This document shows positions 1 to 9,392 of a stretch of DNA of 64,000 bases, piece after piece. A program made the translations under genes and the position numbers. The notes under the pieces were generated by a model. That model was not told the origin of the DNA. It searched no databases and saw only the letters and a program-made list of their open reading frames with translations. The DNA lies in the NCBI GenBank assembly GCA_965116495.1, contig OZ220696.1, forward strand, positions 2,944,001 through 3,008,000, written 5' to 3'. This stretch comes from Gammaproteobacteria bacterium. GTDB taxonomy: Bacteria > Pseudomonadota > Gammaproteobacteria > Eutrophobiales > Eutrophobiaceae. Numbering within the stretch: the stretch's first letter is position 1; every line of letters starts with the position of its first letter.

Positions 1-698
1 TCCAGTGAAAGTAAAGCCGAGCTCAGTTTTTGCCGGTTCACCAGGTCGACCTGGTCCATGGCCAGTTGCTCCTCGGGAGATGCGCGGCCGTCTTCAAGAT
101 ATCCGGCCGGGCTGAAGCCGTCGTTCTCCGGGTCACCGTCAACGGGGCCGTCGAAAGAGGCATCGAAGACATTCAGGCGCTTTTCCATTTCCATCACGTC
201 GTTGGCGCTGACCCCCAAATCCCGGGCAACCGCATTCACCTCGTCCTGGTTCATCCAGCCCAGGCGTTTTTTGCTTGACCGCAGGTTAAAGAACAGTTTG
301 CGCTGCGCCTTGGTCGTTGCGACTTTGACGATGCGCCAGTTGCGCAGGATAAATTCGTGCATTTCCGCGCGGACCCAGTGCACCGCAAAAGAGACCAGGC
401 GCACGCCCAGTTCCGGGTTAAAGCGTTTCACCGCTTTCATCAGGCCGATATTTCCTTCCTGGATCAGATCCGACTGTGACAGGCCGTAGCCGCGGTAGCC
501 GCGCGCAACCCGGACAACAAAACGAAGATGAGACATGACCAGCTGTCGTGCCGCATCAAGATCATGATTGTCATGCAGGCGTCGCGCCAGGGCCTGTTCC
601 TGTTCCGCGCTGAGCATGGGGATCTCGTTCACCGCATGGATATACGCTTCGATGGAACCGGTCGGCAGCGCCGGTTGCAGGGCTATGATGTTATTCAT
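1..698 (-). CDS. rpoH: RNA polymerase sigma-32 factor (3' end runs off the window)
   Basis: Manual translation from ATG at 698: [30 protein letters not shown]...; contains [17 protein letters not shown] and the RpoH box [15 protein letters not shown]; downstream of ftsX as usual. Confidence 0.96.
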   Translation of the reverse strand, partial: MNNIIALQPALPTGSIEAYIHAVNEIPMLSAEQEQALARRLHDNHDLDAARQLVMSHLRFVVRVARGYRGYGLSQSDLIQEGNIGLMKAVKRFNPELGVRLVSFAVHWVRAEMHEFILRNWRIVKVATTKAQRKLFFNLRSSKKRLGWMNQDEVNAVARDLGVSANDVMEMEKRLNVFDASFDGPVDGDPENDGFSPAGYLEDGRASPEEQLAMDQVDLVNRQKLSSALLSL

Positions 699-731
699 AA
701 AAATTCCTCAACATACTGACTTGATACTATT

Positions 732-758
732 TTAGCACTCTTCTTATTAGAGTGCTAA
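732..758. promoter_or_regulatory. CIRCE element (HrcA operator)
   Basis: Exact TTAGCACTC-N9-GAGTGCTAA, 33 bp upstream of the rpoH start. Confidence 0.93.
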
Positions 759-773
759 TAATTTTTGATGTTC
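747..773 (-). promoter_or_regulatory. Putative sigmaE/AlgU promoter of rpoH
   Basis: Minus strand GAACAT-N16-TCTAA versus consensus GAACTT-N16-TCTRA; rpoH has a sigmaE promoter in E. coli and Pseudomonas. Confidence 0.65.
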
Positions 774-861
774 CGGGCGCCGGGCCGCGCAACAGTGCGT
801 TATTCGGAAGGATGCGTTATTCGGGAGGAGTGGTATGGCTTCAGACCTGCCGGCCGCGCCC

Positions 862-1827
862 TTATATGGGTTCGATTGCGCGCAGGTGGCGTTTTACGGA
901 CAGCCAGGAACCGGCAAGCCCCAATCCTGCGCCTATCAGTATCAGGGTGAAAACCTCCCTGGTGCTCAGGGAGACCAGAAAAAAACGGCTGCCGTACAGA
1001 TCCGCCAACCTGGTGACCGGGTCATGCAGTAATAGCATGGAGACCTCAAGCATCAGCCATGCGAACAGGCTGCCGGCAGTACCATGGAGCATGCCCGAGT
1101 AAAGAAAGGGACGGGTAATGAATGCATCGGTCGCGCCGAATAATTTATGGATTTCAATTTCCTGGCGTCGGTTATATACGGCCATCCGGATCGTATTACC
1201 GATTATCAGGACCACGGCGCCGGCGAACAGTACCGCGACGATCATCACCGCGCGTTGAAAAACCTCGATAATCTGGTGCAACCGCTGTGCCCATTGCCAG
1301 TCGAACTGGCCGGAATCCACCTCCGGCAGGGCTTGAAGTGCGGCAAGCAGGTCTTTGTTATCTGCAGCCGTGATGGCCCTGATGCGCGGCCGGACTACGA
1401 GCACGAAGGGCAAGGGATTCTGGCCGAGTGCCTCCAGCGCCGCGGCAAAACCGGAGTTCTGTTTATACTCGACCAGGGCGTTTTCAGAGCTGATTACATC
1501 AACCTCGCCAATATCCGCACGTGCGCCCAGTTGCTGTGCCAGCTCCCGGGCGCGCGCGGCATCGATCTCGGGGGCCAGGAACAGGGATATGTGGGAGGCG
1601 GCGTCCAGGTGGGAGGTGACCCGCTGGGCATTCTCGAGGAGGGAATAAAAGCCGGCCGGCAGTGCCAGGGAAATGCCGATGACACAGGTACTTAACAATG
1701 TATCCCCCGGGTTTTTATATAACTGCCCAAGACTGAAAAAAAATGCCCGGGCGTGTTGCTGCAGCCAATGACTGATATGCCTGCCGGTTGTCGGCGCCAG
1801 CCTGTTTCCGCCGCTTTGTTTTTTCAT
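862..1827 (-). CDS. ftsX: Cell division permease FtsX
   Basis: IGNTIRMAVYNRRQEIEIHKLFGAT motif, 4-TM layout, in the ftsYEX-rpoH operon. Confidence 0.95.
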   Translation of the reverse strand: MKKQSGGNRLAPTTGRHISHWLQQHARAFFFSLGQLYKNPGDTLLSTCVIGISLALPAGFYSLLENAQRVTSHLDAASHISLFLAPEIDAARARELAQQLGARADIGEVDVISSENALVEYKQNSGFAAALEALGQNPLPFVLVVRPRIRAITAADNKDLLAALQALPEVDSGQFDWQWAQRLHQIIEVFQRAVMIVAVLFAGAVVLIIGNTIRMAVYNRRQEIEIHKLFGATDAFITRPFLYSGMLHGTAGSLFAWLMLEVSMLLLHDPVTRLADLYGSRFFLVSLSTREVFTLILIGAGLGLAGSWLSVKRHLRAIEPI

Positions 1828-1837
1828 TCCGTTCCGG

Positions 1838-2500
1838 TTAATCCGCTTCCGGGAGCAGGCAACCGTCCTGCAGGACCAGGATTTTTTTGCTCATCTTATG
1901 TATCGTGGCGAGGTCATGACTGGCTATCAGCACAGTGACGCCGACCTGGTTGAACAACTCGAACAACTTCATCGTTTCCCAGGACAGGGCCGGGTCCAGG
2001 TTCCCGGTGGGCTCGTCGCCCAGCAGCAAGGCAGGCCGATGCACCACGGCCCGGGCAATGCCCACGCGCTGTTGTTCTCCGGTGGATAAGACCGTGGGTA
2101 AAACCCGCTCTTTCGCCAGCAGGCCGACCTTTTCCAGGACGGCATGAGTGCGTTTTTTTATATCCTGGTAGCGATAACCGGCGATGGTCAACGGCAGGGC
2201 CACGTTATCAAACACGCTGCGTTCATTCAATAACCGGTGCTCCTGGAACATGAAACCGATATTGCGCCGGTAACGCGGGATGCGCCTGCCCGAGAGACGC
2301 GCCAGGTTTTGTCCGTTGACGATTACCTGGCCGCGGGAATGCCGCTCAGCGAGCGCGATCAGGCGTAACAGAGTTGTTTTTCCTGCGCCGGAATGTCCGG
2401 TCAGGTAGACCATTTCGCCCTGCTGCACATGCAGGTTGATATTTTTCAGGACATCCTTGCCGCTGCCGTAGCGCATGTAAACGTCGGTAAACCGGATCAT
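1838..2500 (-). CDS. ftsE: Cell division ATP-binding protein FtsE
   Basis: GHSGAGKT Walker A, LSTGEQQRVGIARA, DEPTGNLD. Confidence 0.96.
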   Translation of the reverse strand: MIRFTDVYMRYGSGKDVLKNINLHVQQGEMVYLTGHSGAGKTTLLRLIALAERHSRGQVIVNGQNLARLSGRRIPRYRRNIGFMFQEHRLLNERSVFDNVALPLTIAGYRYQDIKKRTHAVLEKVGLLAKERVLPTVLSTGEQQRVGIARAVVHRPALLLGDEPTGNLDPALSWETMKLFELFNQVGVTVLIASHDLATIHKMSKKILVLQDGCLLPEAD

Positions 2501-3444
2501 GCGCCTAAACCCAGTAAGGCGCGTACGAACTGGTCTGCATCGAAGGGCTGGAGGTCATCGATGGTCTCACCGACGCCGATATAGCGGATGGGCAATGCAA
2601 GCTGTTGCGCCAGCGCGAACGCCATTCCCCCTTTTGCCGTGCCGTCCAGTTTGGTCAGGGCCACGCCGGTTACCTGGGCCGCCTGTTGAAACCGCCGCGC
2701 CTGCACGATGGCGTTCATCCCGGTGCCGGCGTCCACCACCAGCAACGATTCCACCGCTATGTGCGGATCAAATTTATGGATGGCGCGATGAATTTTTTTC
2801 AATTCTTCCATCAGGTTATCCTTGTTATGCAAGCGTCCGGCAGTATCGGCAATAACGATGTCCGTGCCCCGGGCAACGGCGGACTGCAGCGCGTTGTAAA
2901 GGACTGCAGCAGCGTCCGCGCCCGGGTGTTGCGCTATCACCGGCGCGTTGACGCGGGTTCCCCAATGTTGAATCTGATCAATTGCGGCGGCCCTGAAGGT
3001 ATCCCCGGCCGCAAGCATTACCGAGTGACCGTCCTGTCGCAGCAAATGTGCCAGTTTTCCTATGGTTGTCGTCTTGCCGACGCCGTTGACGCCGACAACC
3101 AGGATGACGAAAGGTCTTTTTTTGGGAACTGCCAGGGGCTGTTCGGACGGCTTGAGGGCGGACACCATGCTGCCGTGCAGGACGGACAACACATCCCGCT
3201 GCCCGGCACTGCACTGCTTCAAGTCTTTCTCAAGATCGGACAGGATCCCGGCACAGGTTTCGACACCGATATCGGCGCTAATCAACTGCATTTCAAGCTC
3301 CTCGAGCAGCGTCCTGTCAAGGGCTTGTTTCCCTTTGACCGGTCCGCCCCTGCCGCCCAGTAATCGGTCACGGGTTTTTTTCAGCCCGTTGGCCAGGCGA
3401 TCAAAAAATTTTCCTCCCGGCCTGCTGTCTTTTGGGGTAATCAT
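2497..3444 (-). CDS. ftsY: SRP receptor FtsY (short form, essentially NG domain only)
   Basis: GVNGVGKTTT, DTFRAAA, DTAGR, TKLDGTAKGG; start placed at ATG 3444 to avoid overlap with the divergent gene. Confidence 0.93.
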   Translation of the reverse strand: MITPKDSRPGGKFFDRLANGLKKTRDRLLGGRGGPVKGKQALDRTLLEELEMQLISADIGVETCAGILSDLEKDLKQCSAGQRDVLSVLHGSMVSALKPSEQPLAVPKKRPFVILVVGVNGVGKTTTIGKLAHLLRQDGHSVMLAAGDTFRAAAIDQIQHWGTRVNAPVIAQHPGADAAAVLYNALQSAVARGTDIVIADTAGRLHNKDNLMEELKKIHRAIHKFDPHIAVESLLVVDAGTGMNAIVQARRFQQAAQVTGVALTKLDGTAKGGMAFALAQQLALPIRYIGVGETIDDLQPFDADQFVRALLGLGA

Positions 3445-3483
3445 AGATGGAACAGTATACCTGTATAAGATAACATAGGGAGC

Positions 3484-4893
3484 GTGACGAGATGGAACAC
3501 AAGTTTTTTCCACACAACAGGCAAACGTCTTTTAGCCTGTTACCTGTTGCTGTTTGCCTGGTCTCCGGTCCACGCCCAAGTCCATGAATATAATCTTGAA
3601 AACGGCCTGAAACTGCTGGTGAAAGAAGACCGGCGGGCGCCGGTTGCGGTGTCCCAAATCTGGTACCGGATCGGTTCAAGCTATGAGCATGACGGCATCA
3701 CCGGCATTTCCCACGTGCTGGAACACATGATGTTTCAGGGGACGGAAAAATATCCCGACGGGGAGTTCTCCAGGATCATTGCAGAAAACGGCGGCAACGA
3801 AAATGCATTTACCGGCAAGGATTACACCGCGTACTTTCAGATGCTGGAAAAATCCAGGCTGGACGTCAGTATCAGGCTGGAAGCGGACCGTATGCGTAAC
3901 CTGGTGTTGTCGGAGGAAGAATTCGAGAAAGAAATTGAGGTGGTGAAGGAAGAGCGGCGTCTGCGCACCGATGACAACCCGGTCGCATACCTGTATGAAA
4001 CAGCGTTTGCCACGGCATTTCAGACCGCGCCCTATCGCCATCCGATCATCGGCTGGATGGCGGACCTGGACACTTTGCGGATTGGCGACCTGAAGCTATG
4101 GTACGACCGTTGGTATGCCCCGAACAATGCCACCCTGGTAGTGGTAGGTGACGTCGAACATGAAGTGGTCCGGCAACTGGTGCAGGAACATTTCGGCCCG
4201 ATCAAGTCAAGAGTGCTGCCTGCGGCCGGGGGCCTCCCCGAAGTGACCCAGCAGGGATTGAAACGCATCTCGGTAAAGCGCCCCGCAGAACTGCCGCACC
4301 TGCTCATGGCGTATAAAACACCGGTTTTGAGCAGCGCGGCCGCAGCCCCTGCATCCTGGGAGCCGTACGCGTTGGAAGTCCTGGCCGGCGTGCTGGACGG
4401 AGGCAACAGCGCGAGGCTGGAAACCCGCCTGGTACGGGGCCAGGAAGTGGCCGCCAGCGTTGGTGTTTCCTATGACATGGCAAGCCGGCTGGACGGCCTG
4501 TTTATCATACAGGCTGTGCCTGCCCGGGAACGGACTGCCGGCGAGGTGGAGCAGGCGGTCAGGGAGCAGCTGGAAAATTTAAAAACAGGGGACATCGGAG
4601 AGCAGGAACTGGCGCGGGTGAAGGCGCAGGTCGTATCAAGCGATGTCTACGAGCGGGATTCAATGTTTTATCAGGCCATGACCCTGGGCGCGTTTGAGAC
4701 CGTGGGCCTGCCCTGGCGACTGGCAGATGAGTACGTGTCACAGATCCAGGCGATCAGCGTTGAACAGGTAAAACACGTGGCGAACAAGTATTTCCGCGAT
4801 GACGGATTGACGATAGCCGTTCTCGACCCGCAACCCATAGAAACGATACATGAGCCGCAACCGCAGGCAGGAGAGGATGCGCATGCGGGTTAA
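3484..4893 (+). CDS. M16 family zinc peptidase (catalytic subunit)
   Basis: HVLEH (HXXEH) motif, ENAFT, signal peptide; conserved position next to ftsY. Confidence 0.92.
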   Translation: MTRWNTSFFHTTGKRLLACYLLLFAWSPVHAQVHEYNLENGLKLLVKEDRRAPVAVSQIWYRIGSSYEHDGITGISHVLEHMMFQGTEKYPDGEFSRIIAENGGNENAFTGKDYTAYFQMLEKSRLDVSIRLEADRMRNLVLSEEEFEKEIEVVKEERRLRTDDNPVAYLYETAFATAFQTAPYRHPIIGWMADLDTLRIGDLKLWYDRWYAPNNATLVVVGDVEHEVVRQLVQEHFGPIKSRVLPAAGGLPEVTQQGLKRISVKRPAELPHLLMAYKTPVLSSAAAAPASWEPYALEVLAGVLDGGNSARLETRLVRGQEVAASVGVSYDMASRLDGLFIIQAVPARERTAGEVEQAVREQLENLKTGDIGEQELARVKAQVVSSDVYERDSMFYQAMTLGAFETVGLPWRLADEYVSQIQAISVEQVKHVANKYFRDDGLTIAVLDPQPIETIHEPQPQAGEDAHAG

Positions 4894-6325
4894 TGCCGTA
4901 ATGACGGCGCACCGGATAACGATCAGTACGCATCAGCGTTCTTTTCCCGGGCTCTGTCTGTACCAGCGTCGGCGCTGGAATAACATAGTCCGGCCACTGC
5001 GCAGCTTCATCCGGGCAGGATTGCCGGTACTGTTGCTGCTTGTTGCCCGGGGCGCTTGGCCGGCCCCGGTTGTGCTGGACTGGCAGACCGGGGGGGGGAG
5101 CCGGGTCTTCTTTGTTGAATCCCGTGAATTGCCGATGGTGGATATCCGCGTGCTGTTCGATGCGGGCAGCGTACGTGAGCCTGCCGGCAGGAACGGCCTT
5201 GCAGTACTGACAAACAGCTTGCTCGATGAAGGCGCCGGCGGGCTGGACTCCACTGCGATCAGCTTCGAATTCGAACGGCTGGGTGCGCGCTACAGTGCCG
5301 AATCGGGCTATGATTATGCGTCCGTAAGCCTGCGATCGTTGTCGGACCCGACGTTGCTGGCGCCTGCCCTGCGTAATTTAAGCCGGGTGATCACTGAACC
5401 GGGGTTTTCCGAAAAGGCGGTCGAAAGACAGAAACAACGCTTGCAGCTCGCTATCCGGCGCAAACAACAGGCGCCTGCAGAGATTGCCCGGGATGCGTAC
5501 CTGGCGGCCATATACCAGAATCATCCGTATGCGCTGCCCAGCGACGGTACGCTTGAAAACGTGGCCCAACTGAGCCGGCAGGATATTGTAGACTTCCATC
5601 GGGACTTTTACCATGCGGACAATGCCAGCCTGGTAATAGTCGGAAACCTGGGCAGGGAACAGGCCGCGGCGCTGGCTGAGGAATTGACGGGTGGATTGCC
5701 GCGGGGACGGGAACTGGAACCGTTGCCGGCCGTGGCGCGGTTGGAGCAGGCCCGGGAGATACGTATCGAGCATCCTTCGTCACAGGTGCACGTTCTGCTC
5801 GGCCAACCGGGCATCAAACGCGGCGATCCCGATTATTTCCCGCTGTACGTGGGCAACCATATACTGGGCGGCGGCGGCTTTGTCTCGCGCCTGTATGAAG
5901 AGATCCGGGAAAAACGCGGCCTGTCATACGGCGCGTACAGTTATTTTTCTCCGCGACGTGAAGCGGGACCGTTTACTGCAAGCGTGCAAACCCGGGGCGA
6001 GCGGCAGGAACAGGCATTACAGGTGATGCGCGATACCGTTCGCGCCTTTATCGACCGGGGGCCCACGCCTGCAGAGCTGGAAGCGGCGCAAAAAAATATC
6101 AGCGGCGGTTTTCCCCTGCGGCTGGACAGCAACAGCAAGATTCTCGGCTATATAGCCATGATTGGTTTTTATGATCTGCCTCTGAATTACCTGGATACGT
6201 TTATCAGCAAGGTAAACGCGGTGACCGTTGAAGAAATCAGGGACGCATTCAAGCGCCGCCTGCACCCGGAGCGATTCGTTACCGTCCTGGTCGGGCCGAC
6301 CGGACCCGTAGCAGAAGAGAACTGA
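4850..6325 (+). CDS. M16 family peptidase, non-catalytic partner subunit (true start probably further downstream)
   Basis: Lacks HXXEH; has SRLYEEIREKRGLSYG; paired with the previous gene. Confidence 0.88.
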   Translation: MSRNRRQERMRMRVNAVMTAHRITISTHQRSFPGLCLYQRRRWNNIVRPLRSFIRAGLPVLLLLVARGAWPAPVVLDWQTGGGSRVFFVESRELPMVDIRVLFDAGSVREPAGRNGLAVLTNSLLDEGAGGLDSTAISFEFERLGARYSAESGYDYASVSLRSLSDPTLLAPALRNLSRVITEPGFSEKAVERQKQRLQLAIRRKQQAPAEIARDAYLAAIYQNHPYALPSDGTLENVAQLSRQDIVDFHRDFYHADNASLVIVGNLGREQAAALAEELTGGLPRGRELEPLPAVARLEQAREIRIEHPSSQVHVLLGQPGIKRGDPDYFPLYVGNHILGGGGFVSRLYEEIREKRGLSYGAYSYFSPRREAGPFTASVQTRGERQEQALQVMRDTVRAFIDRGPTPAELEAAQKNISGGFPLRLDSNSKILGYIAMIGFYDLPLNYLDTFISKVNAVTVEEIRDAFKRRLHPERFVTVLVGPTGPVAEEN

Positions 6326-6379
6326 AGCCCGTCTCCCCATCCCGCAGCAGAGGCAACAAGACAGACGAATTGATGAGCT

Positions 6380-7003
6380 ATGCGGGCTGCAGGAAAAATC
6401 AGGATTATAGGCGGTCAATGGCGCGGCCGCAGGTTGCCGGTCGCACACCAGCCCGGCCTGCGCCCGACCCCTGACCGGATCAGGGAAACCCTGTTCAACT
6501 GGCTGGCGACGGCCATATCCGGGGCCCGCTGCCTTGACCTTTTTGCCGGCACCGGGGCGCTGGGGTTTGAAGCCCTATCCCGGGGCGCCCGTTGTGCGGT
6601 CATGGTGGAACAGAATATACAACTGGTGCAACGACTTGAAGAAGCCAAATCGATACTGGATGCCGGGCATGCAGAAATCATCCATGCGCAGGCAAGCAAC
6701 TGGCTGACAGGCAGGCACGAACTATTCGATGTGGTCTTTCTCGATCCGCCGTTCCACCAGCAGCAGGTGAAAAAAGCTTGTACCCTGCTGATAAACAAGG
6801 GACACCTAGCGCCTGCCGCGTACGTCTATACGGAGACCGAGCTGGACGCAGCACCCCGGTTACCGGGATTGAAGGCCTTGAAACAGGCGCGTGCGGGACA
6901 GGTTGAATACAGACTGTATCAATACGAGGCTGGAGGGCTGTCCGGGAAACTCCGAACAAGTCCATCCCGGACTTGTTCAGAACATGATAAACAAAAAACG
7001 TGA
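6380..7003 (+). CDS. rsmD: 16S rRNA m2G966 methyltransferase
   Basis: RIIGGQWRGR, LRPTPDRIRETLFNWL, DLFAGTGALG, DPPF; the last ~20 codons run through a hairpin repeat. Confidence 0.95.
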   Translation: MRAAGKIRIIGGQWRGRRLPVAHQPGLRPTPDRIRETLFNWLATAISGARCLDLFAGTGALGFEALSRGARCAVMVEQNIQLVQRLEEAKSILDAGHAEIIHAQASNWLTGRHELFDVVFLDPPFHQQQVKKACTLLINKGHLAPAAYVYTETELDAAPRLPGLKALKQARAGQVEYRLYQYEAGGLSGKLRTSPSRTCSEHDKQKT

Positions 7004-7099
7004 TTTTTGTTTATCATGTAAAATCAATGACTTATACTCATTGATTTTGACGATACATCCCTGTATCGTAAGAACCTCTGACTTAATCAGAGGTTCTTA
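6944..7099. mobile_element. Hairpin-rich MITE-like element with IS5-like ends
   Basis: Five back-to-back perfect inverted repeats (6954-6978, 6982-7019, 7020-7048, 7050-7069, 7069-7099); ends GGAAACTCCGAACAAGT / ACTTAATCAGAGGTTCTTA are imperfect inverted repeats. Confidence 0.6.
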
Positions 7100-7101
7100 A
7101 A

Positions 7102-7584
7102 ATGAACACAACGGCAATATATCCGGGCACGTTCGATCCGATCACCAATGGTCATACGGACATCGTAGAGCGGGCCGCCCGCATGTTTGACGAGGTAATC
7201 GTCGCAATCGCCGGAAGCACGGGAAAATCCACCACGTTTTCAACCGCTGAGCGTGTCGAACTGGCCCGGGAAGCCCTGGCGGGCATCGACAACGTGGAGG
7301 TGGCTAGTTTTACCGGTCTCATGACGGTTTACGCCAAACAGCGCGGGGCGCGGGTTATCGTGCGCGGGTTACGGGCCGTGTCGGATTTTGAGTACGAGTT
7401 TCAAATGGCGAGCATGAACCGGCAGTTATACGGCCAGGCAGAAACCGTATTCCTGACACCGGCTGAACACCTGAGTTATATCTCATCCAGCCTGGTGCGG
7501 GAGATCGCGACGTTGGGGGGTGACGTCACCCGGTTTGTTCACGGCGCGGTCAACGCCGCATTATCCGAAAAAATGTCTGACTGA
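7102..7584 (+). CDS. coaD: Phosphopantetheine adenylyltransferase
   Basis: [34 protein letters not shown]. Confidence 0.97.
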   Translation: MNTTAIYPGTFDPITNGHTDIVERAARMFDEVIVAIAGSTGKSTTFSTAERVELAREALAGIDNVEVASFTGLMTVYAKQRGARVIVRGLRAVSDFEYEFQMASMNRQLYGQAETVFLTPAEHLSYISSSLVREIATLGGDVTRFVHGAVNAALSEKMSD

Positions 7585-7599
7585 GGAGAAGGGTCCATT

Positions 7600-9327
7600 A
7601 TGACGCGCAGGATAACGATCTGCAATTATCGGGAAAAGCGGTGCCGGCGAACTGCGACCAGCGGGTTCGTCGGACTGATAGTAAGCCTGATTTTCAGCAC
7701 GGCGCCCTGCCGAGCAGAGACCGCGCCGGCCCATGCCGTTGCCAGCGCCCACCCGCTGGCGACCGCGGCCGGGGTTGAAATCTTACGGGAAGGGGGCAAC
7801 GCATTCGACGCGGCCATTGCGGTGAGTGCCGCCCTGGGTGTGGTCGAGCCATACAGTTCCGGTTTCGGCGGCGGCGGCTTCTGGCTGGTACATCGCGCCA
7901 GCGACGGCAAACAGGTAATGATCGACGGCCGGGAAACCGCGCCGGCCCTGGCTCACGAACGGATGTACCGGGACTCGCAGGATAACGTGATAAAGGATGC
8001 TTCGTTAGTCGGTCCCCTGGCAGCGGGAATCCCGGGCATGCCGGCGGGACTGGTTCACCTGGCCGAACACTACGGACGCCTGCCGTTAAGCCAATCACTG
8101 GCGCCGGCAAAACGTTACGCCGAACAGGGTTTCGCGGTGACCTCGCGTTACCATCTACTGGTTACTTTCGTTGCCGGCAGGTTACGGCAATATCCGGCCG
8201 CGGCCGGAATTTTTTTACAGGATGGTAAACCCCCGCGTATCGGCTACCTGATCCGGCAGGAGGCGCTGGCTGCAACCATTGACGCCATCGCGGAGCAGGG
8301 AATGGACGGGTTCTACCGCGGCCCGGTTGCCGAGATGATGGTACGGGAGGCGCGCAAGCACGGGGGTATCTGGAGCCTTAAGGATCTGGATGCTTATCGC
8401 GTAACAGAACGTGAGCCGATAGTCACCCACTACCGCGGCGCGCGTATTGTTTCCGCTCCGCCGCCTTCATCGGGAGGTATTGTCATGGCGCAGGCGTTGC
8501 GGATACTGGAGACATTTGACCTTGACGGTATGAGCAACGTGCAGCGCAAGCACCACATTATCGAAGCCATGCGGCGCGCTTTTCGCGACCGGGCGGTGTT
8601 TCTTGGAGACCCGGATTTCGTGGACGTTCCGGTCGCGCGCCTGCTGGACAAGTCCTACCTGGAGGGGCTGGCAATGACGATTGACCCGTCAAAATCGACC
8701 CCCAGCGATGTGGTCGGCGGCGGCCCTGCCCTGCTGCAGACGGGCACGCAGACCACCCATTTTTCCATTATGGACAAGGAAGGCAACCGCGTGGCAGGGA
8801 CGCTTAGCGTCAATACCTTGTTCGGTGCATGCTTTGTTGCAGCGGGCACGGGCGTACTGTTCAATAATGAGATGGACGACTTTTCCATCAAGCCGTTCAC
8901 GCCCAATGCCTACGGCCTGATCGGAGATGAGGCGAATGCGATAGCGCCGGGAAAACGGCCGCTGTCGAGCATGACCCCGACGTTCCTGGAACTGCCGGAC
9001 CGGATCGGCATTGTGGGAACGCCGGGCGGGAGCCGTATCATCAGCATGGTGCTGCTGGCGGCGCTGGACTTTGTGGACGGCCGGTTACCCCCGTCCTGGG
9101 TCAGCCTGCGGCGCTTCCACCACCAGTACGAACCGGACCAGGTACAGTTTGAACTGCACGGGCTGACTGAATTTGAACAGCAACGCCTCGCCGGACTGGG
9201 CCATGAGTTGAGGGAGATTTCCCGCCGTTACGGCAATATGCAGGCCATTTTGTGGGACAAAACGGAAAACCGTGTTTACAGCGCCAGCGACCCCAGGGGC
9301 GAGGGCCACGCCGTCGTCATTGAATAA
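7600..9327 (+). CDS. ggt: Gamma-glutamyltransferase
   Basis: GGNAFDAA, catalytic TTHFS, NNEMDDF, PGKRPLSSMTP, GTPGGSRI, DPR. Confidence 0.95.
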   Translation: MTRRITICNYREKRCRRTATSGFVGLIVSLIFSTAPCRAETAPAHAVASAHPLATAAGVEILREGGNAFDAAIAVSAALGVVEPYSSGFGGGGFWLVHRASDGKQVMIDGRETAPALAHERMYRDSQDNVIKDASLVGPLAAGIPGMPAGLVHLAEHYGRLPLSQSLAPAKRYAEQGFAVTSRYHLLVTFVAGRLRQYPAAAGIFLQDGKPPRIGYLIRQEALAATIDAIAEQGMDGFYRGPVAEMMVREARKHGGIWSLKDLDAYRVTEREPIVTHYRGARIVSAPPPSSGGIVMAQALRILETFDLDGMSNVQRKHHIIEAMRRAFRDRAVFLGDPDFVDVPVARLLDKSYLEGLAMTIDPSKSTPSDVVGGGPALLQTGTQTTHFSIMDKEGNRVAGTLSVNTLFGACFVAAGTGVLFNNEMDDFSIKPFTPNAYGLIGDEANAIAPGKRPLSSMTPTFLELPDRIGIVGTPGGSRIISMVLLAALDFVDGRLPPSWVSLRRFHHQYEPDQVQFELHGLTEFEQQRLAGLGHELREISRRYGNMQAILWDKTENRVYSASDPRGEGHAVVIE

Positions 9328-9335
9328 CACAAGCC

Positions 9336-9363
9336 GTCATTCCTGCGAAAGCAGGAACCCAGT
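9336..9363. repeat. REP-like palindrome (GTCATTCCTGC-GAAA-GCAGGAACCCAG)
   Basis: 7-bp stem with GAAA loop between convergent ggt and mutM; related inverted copy at 51075-51101. Confidence 0.7.
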
Positions 9364-9392
9364 AAACCATCAGTCGCCTTTGGCGACACATT

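Noticed and set aside
5090-5098. G9 tract as a phase-variation switch
   Set aside because: In frame, encodes glycines in a conserved housekeeping peptidase, and unremarkable in GC-rich DNA
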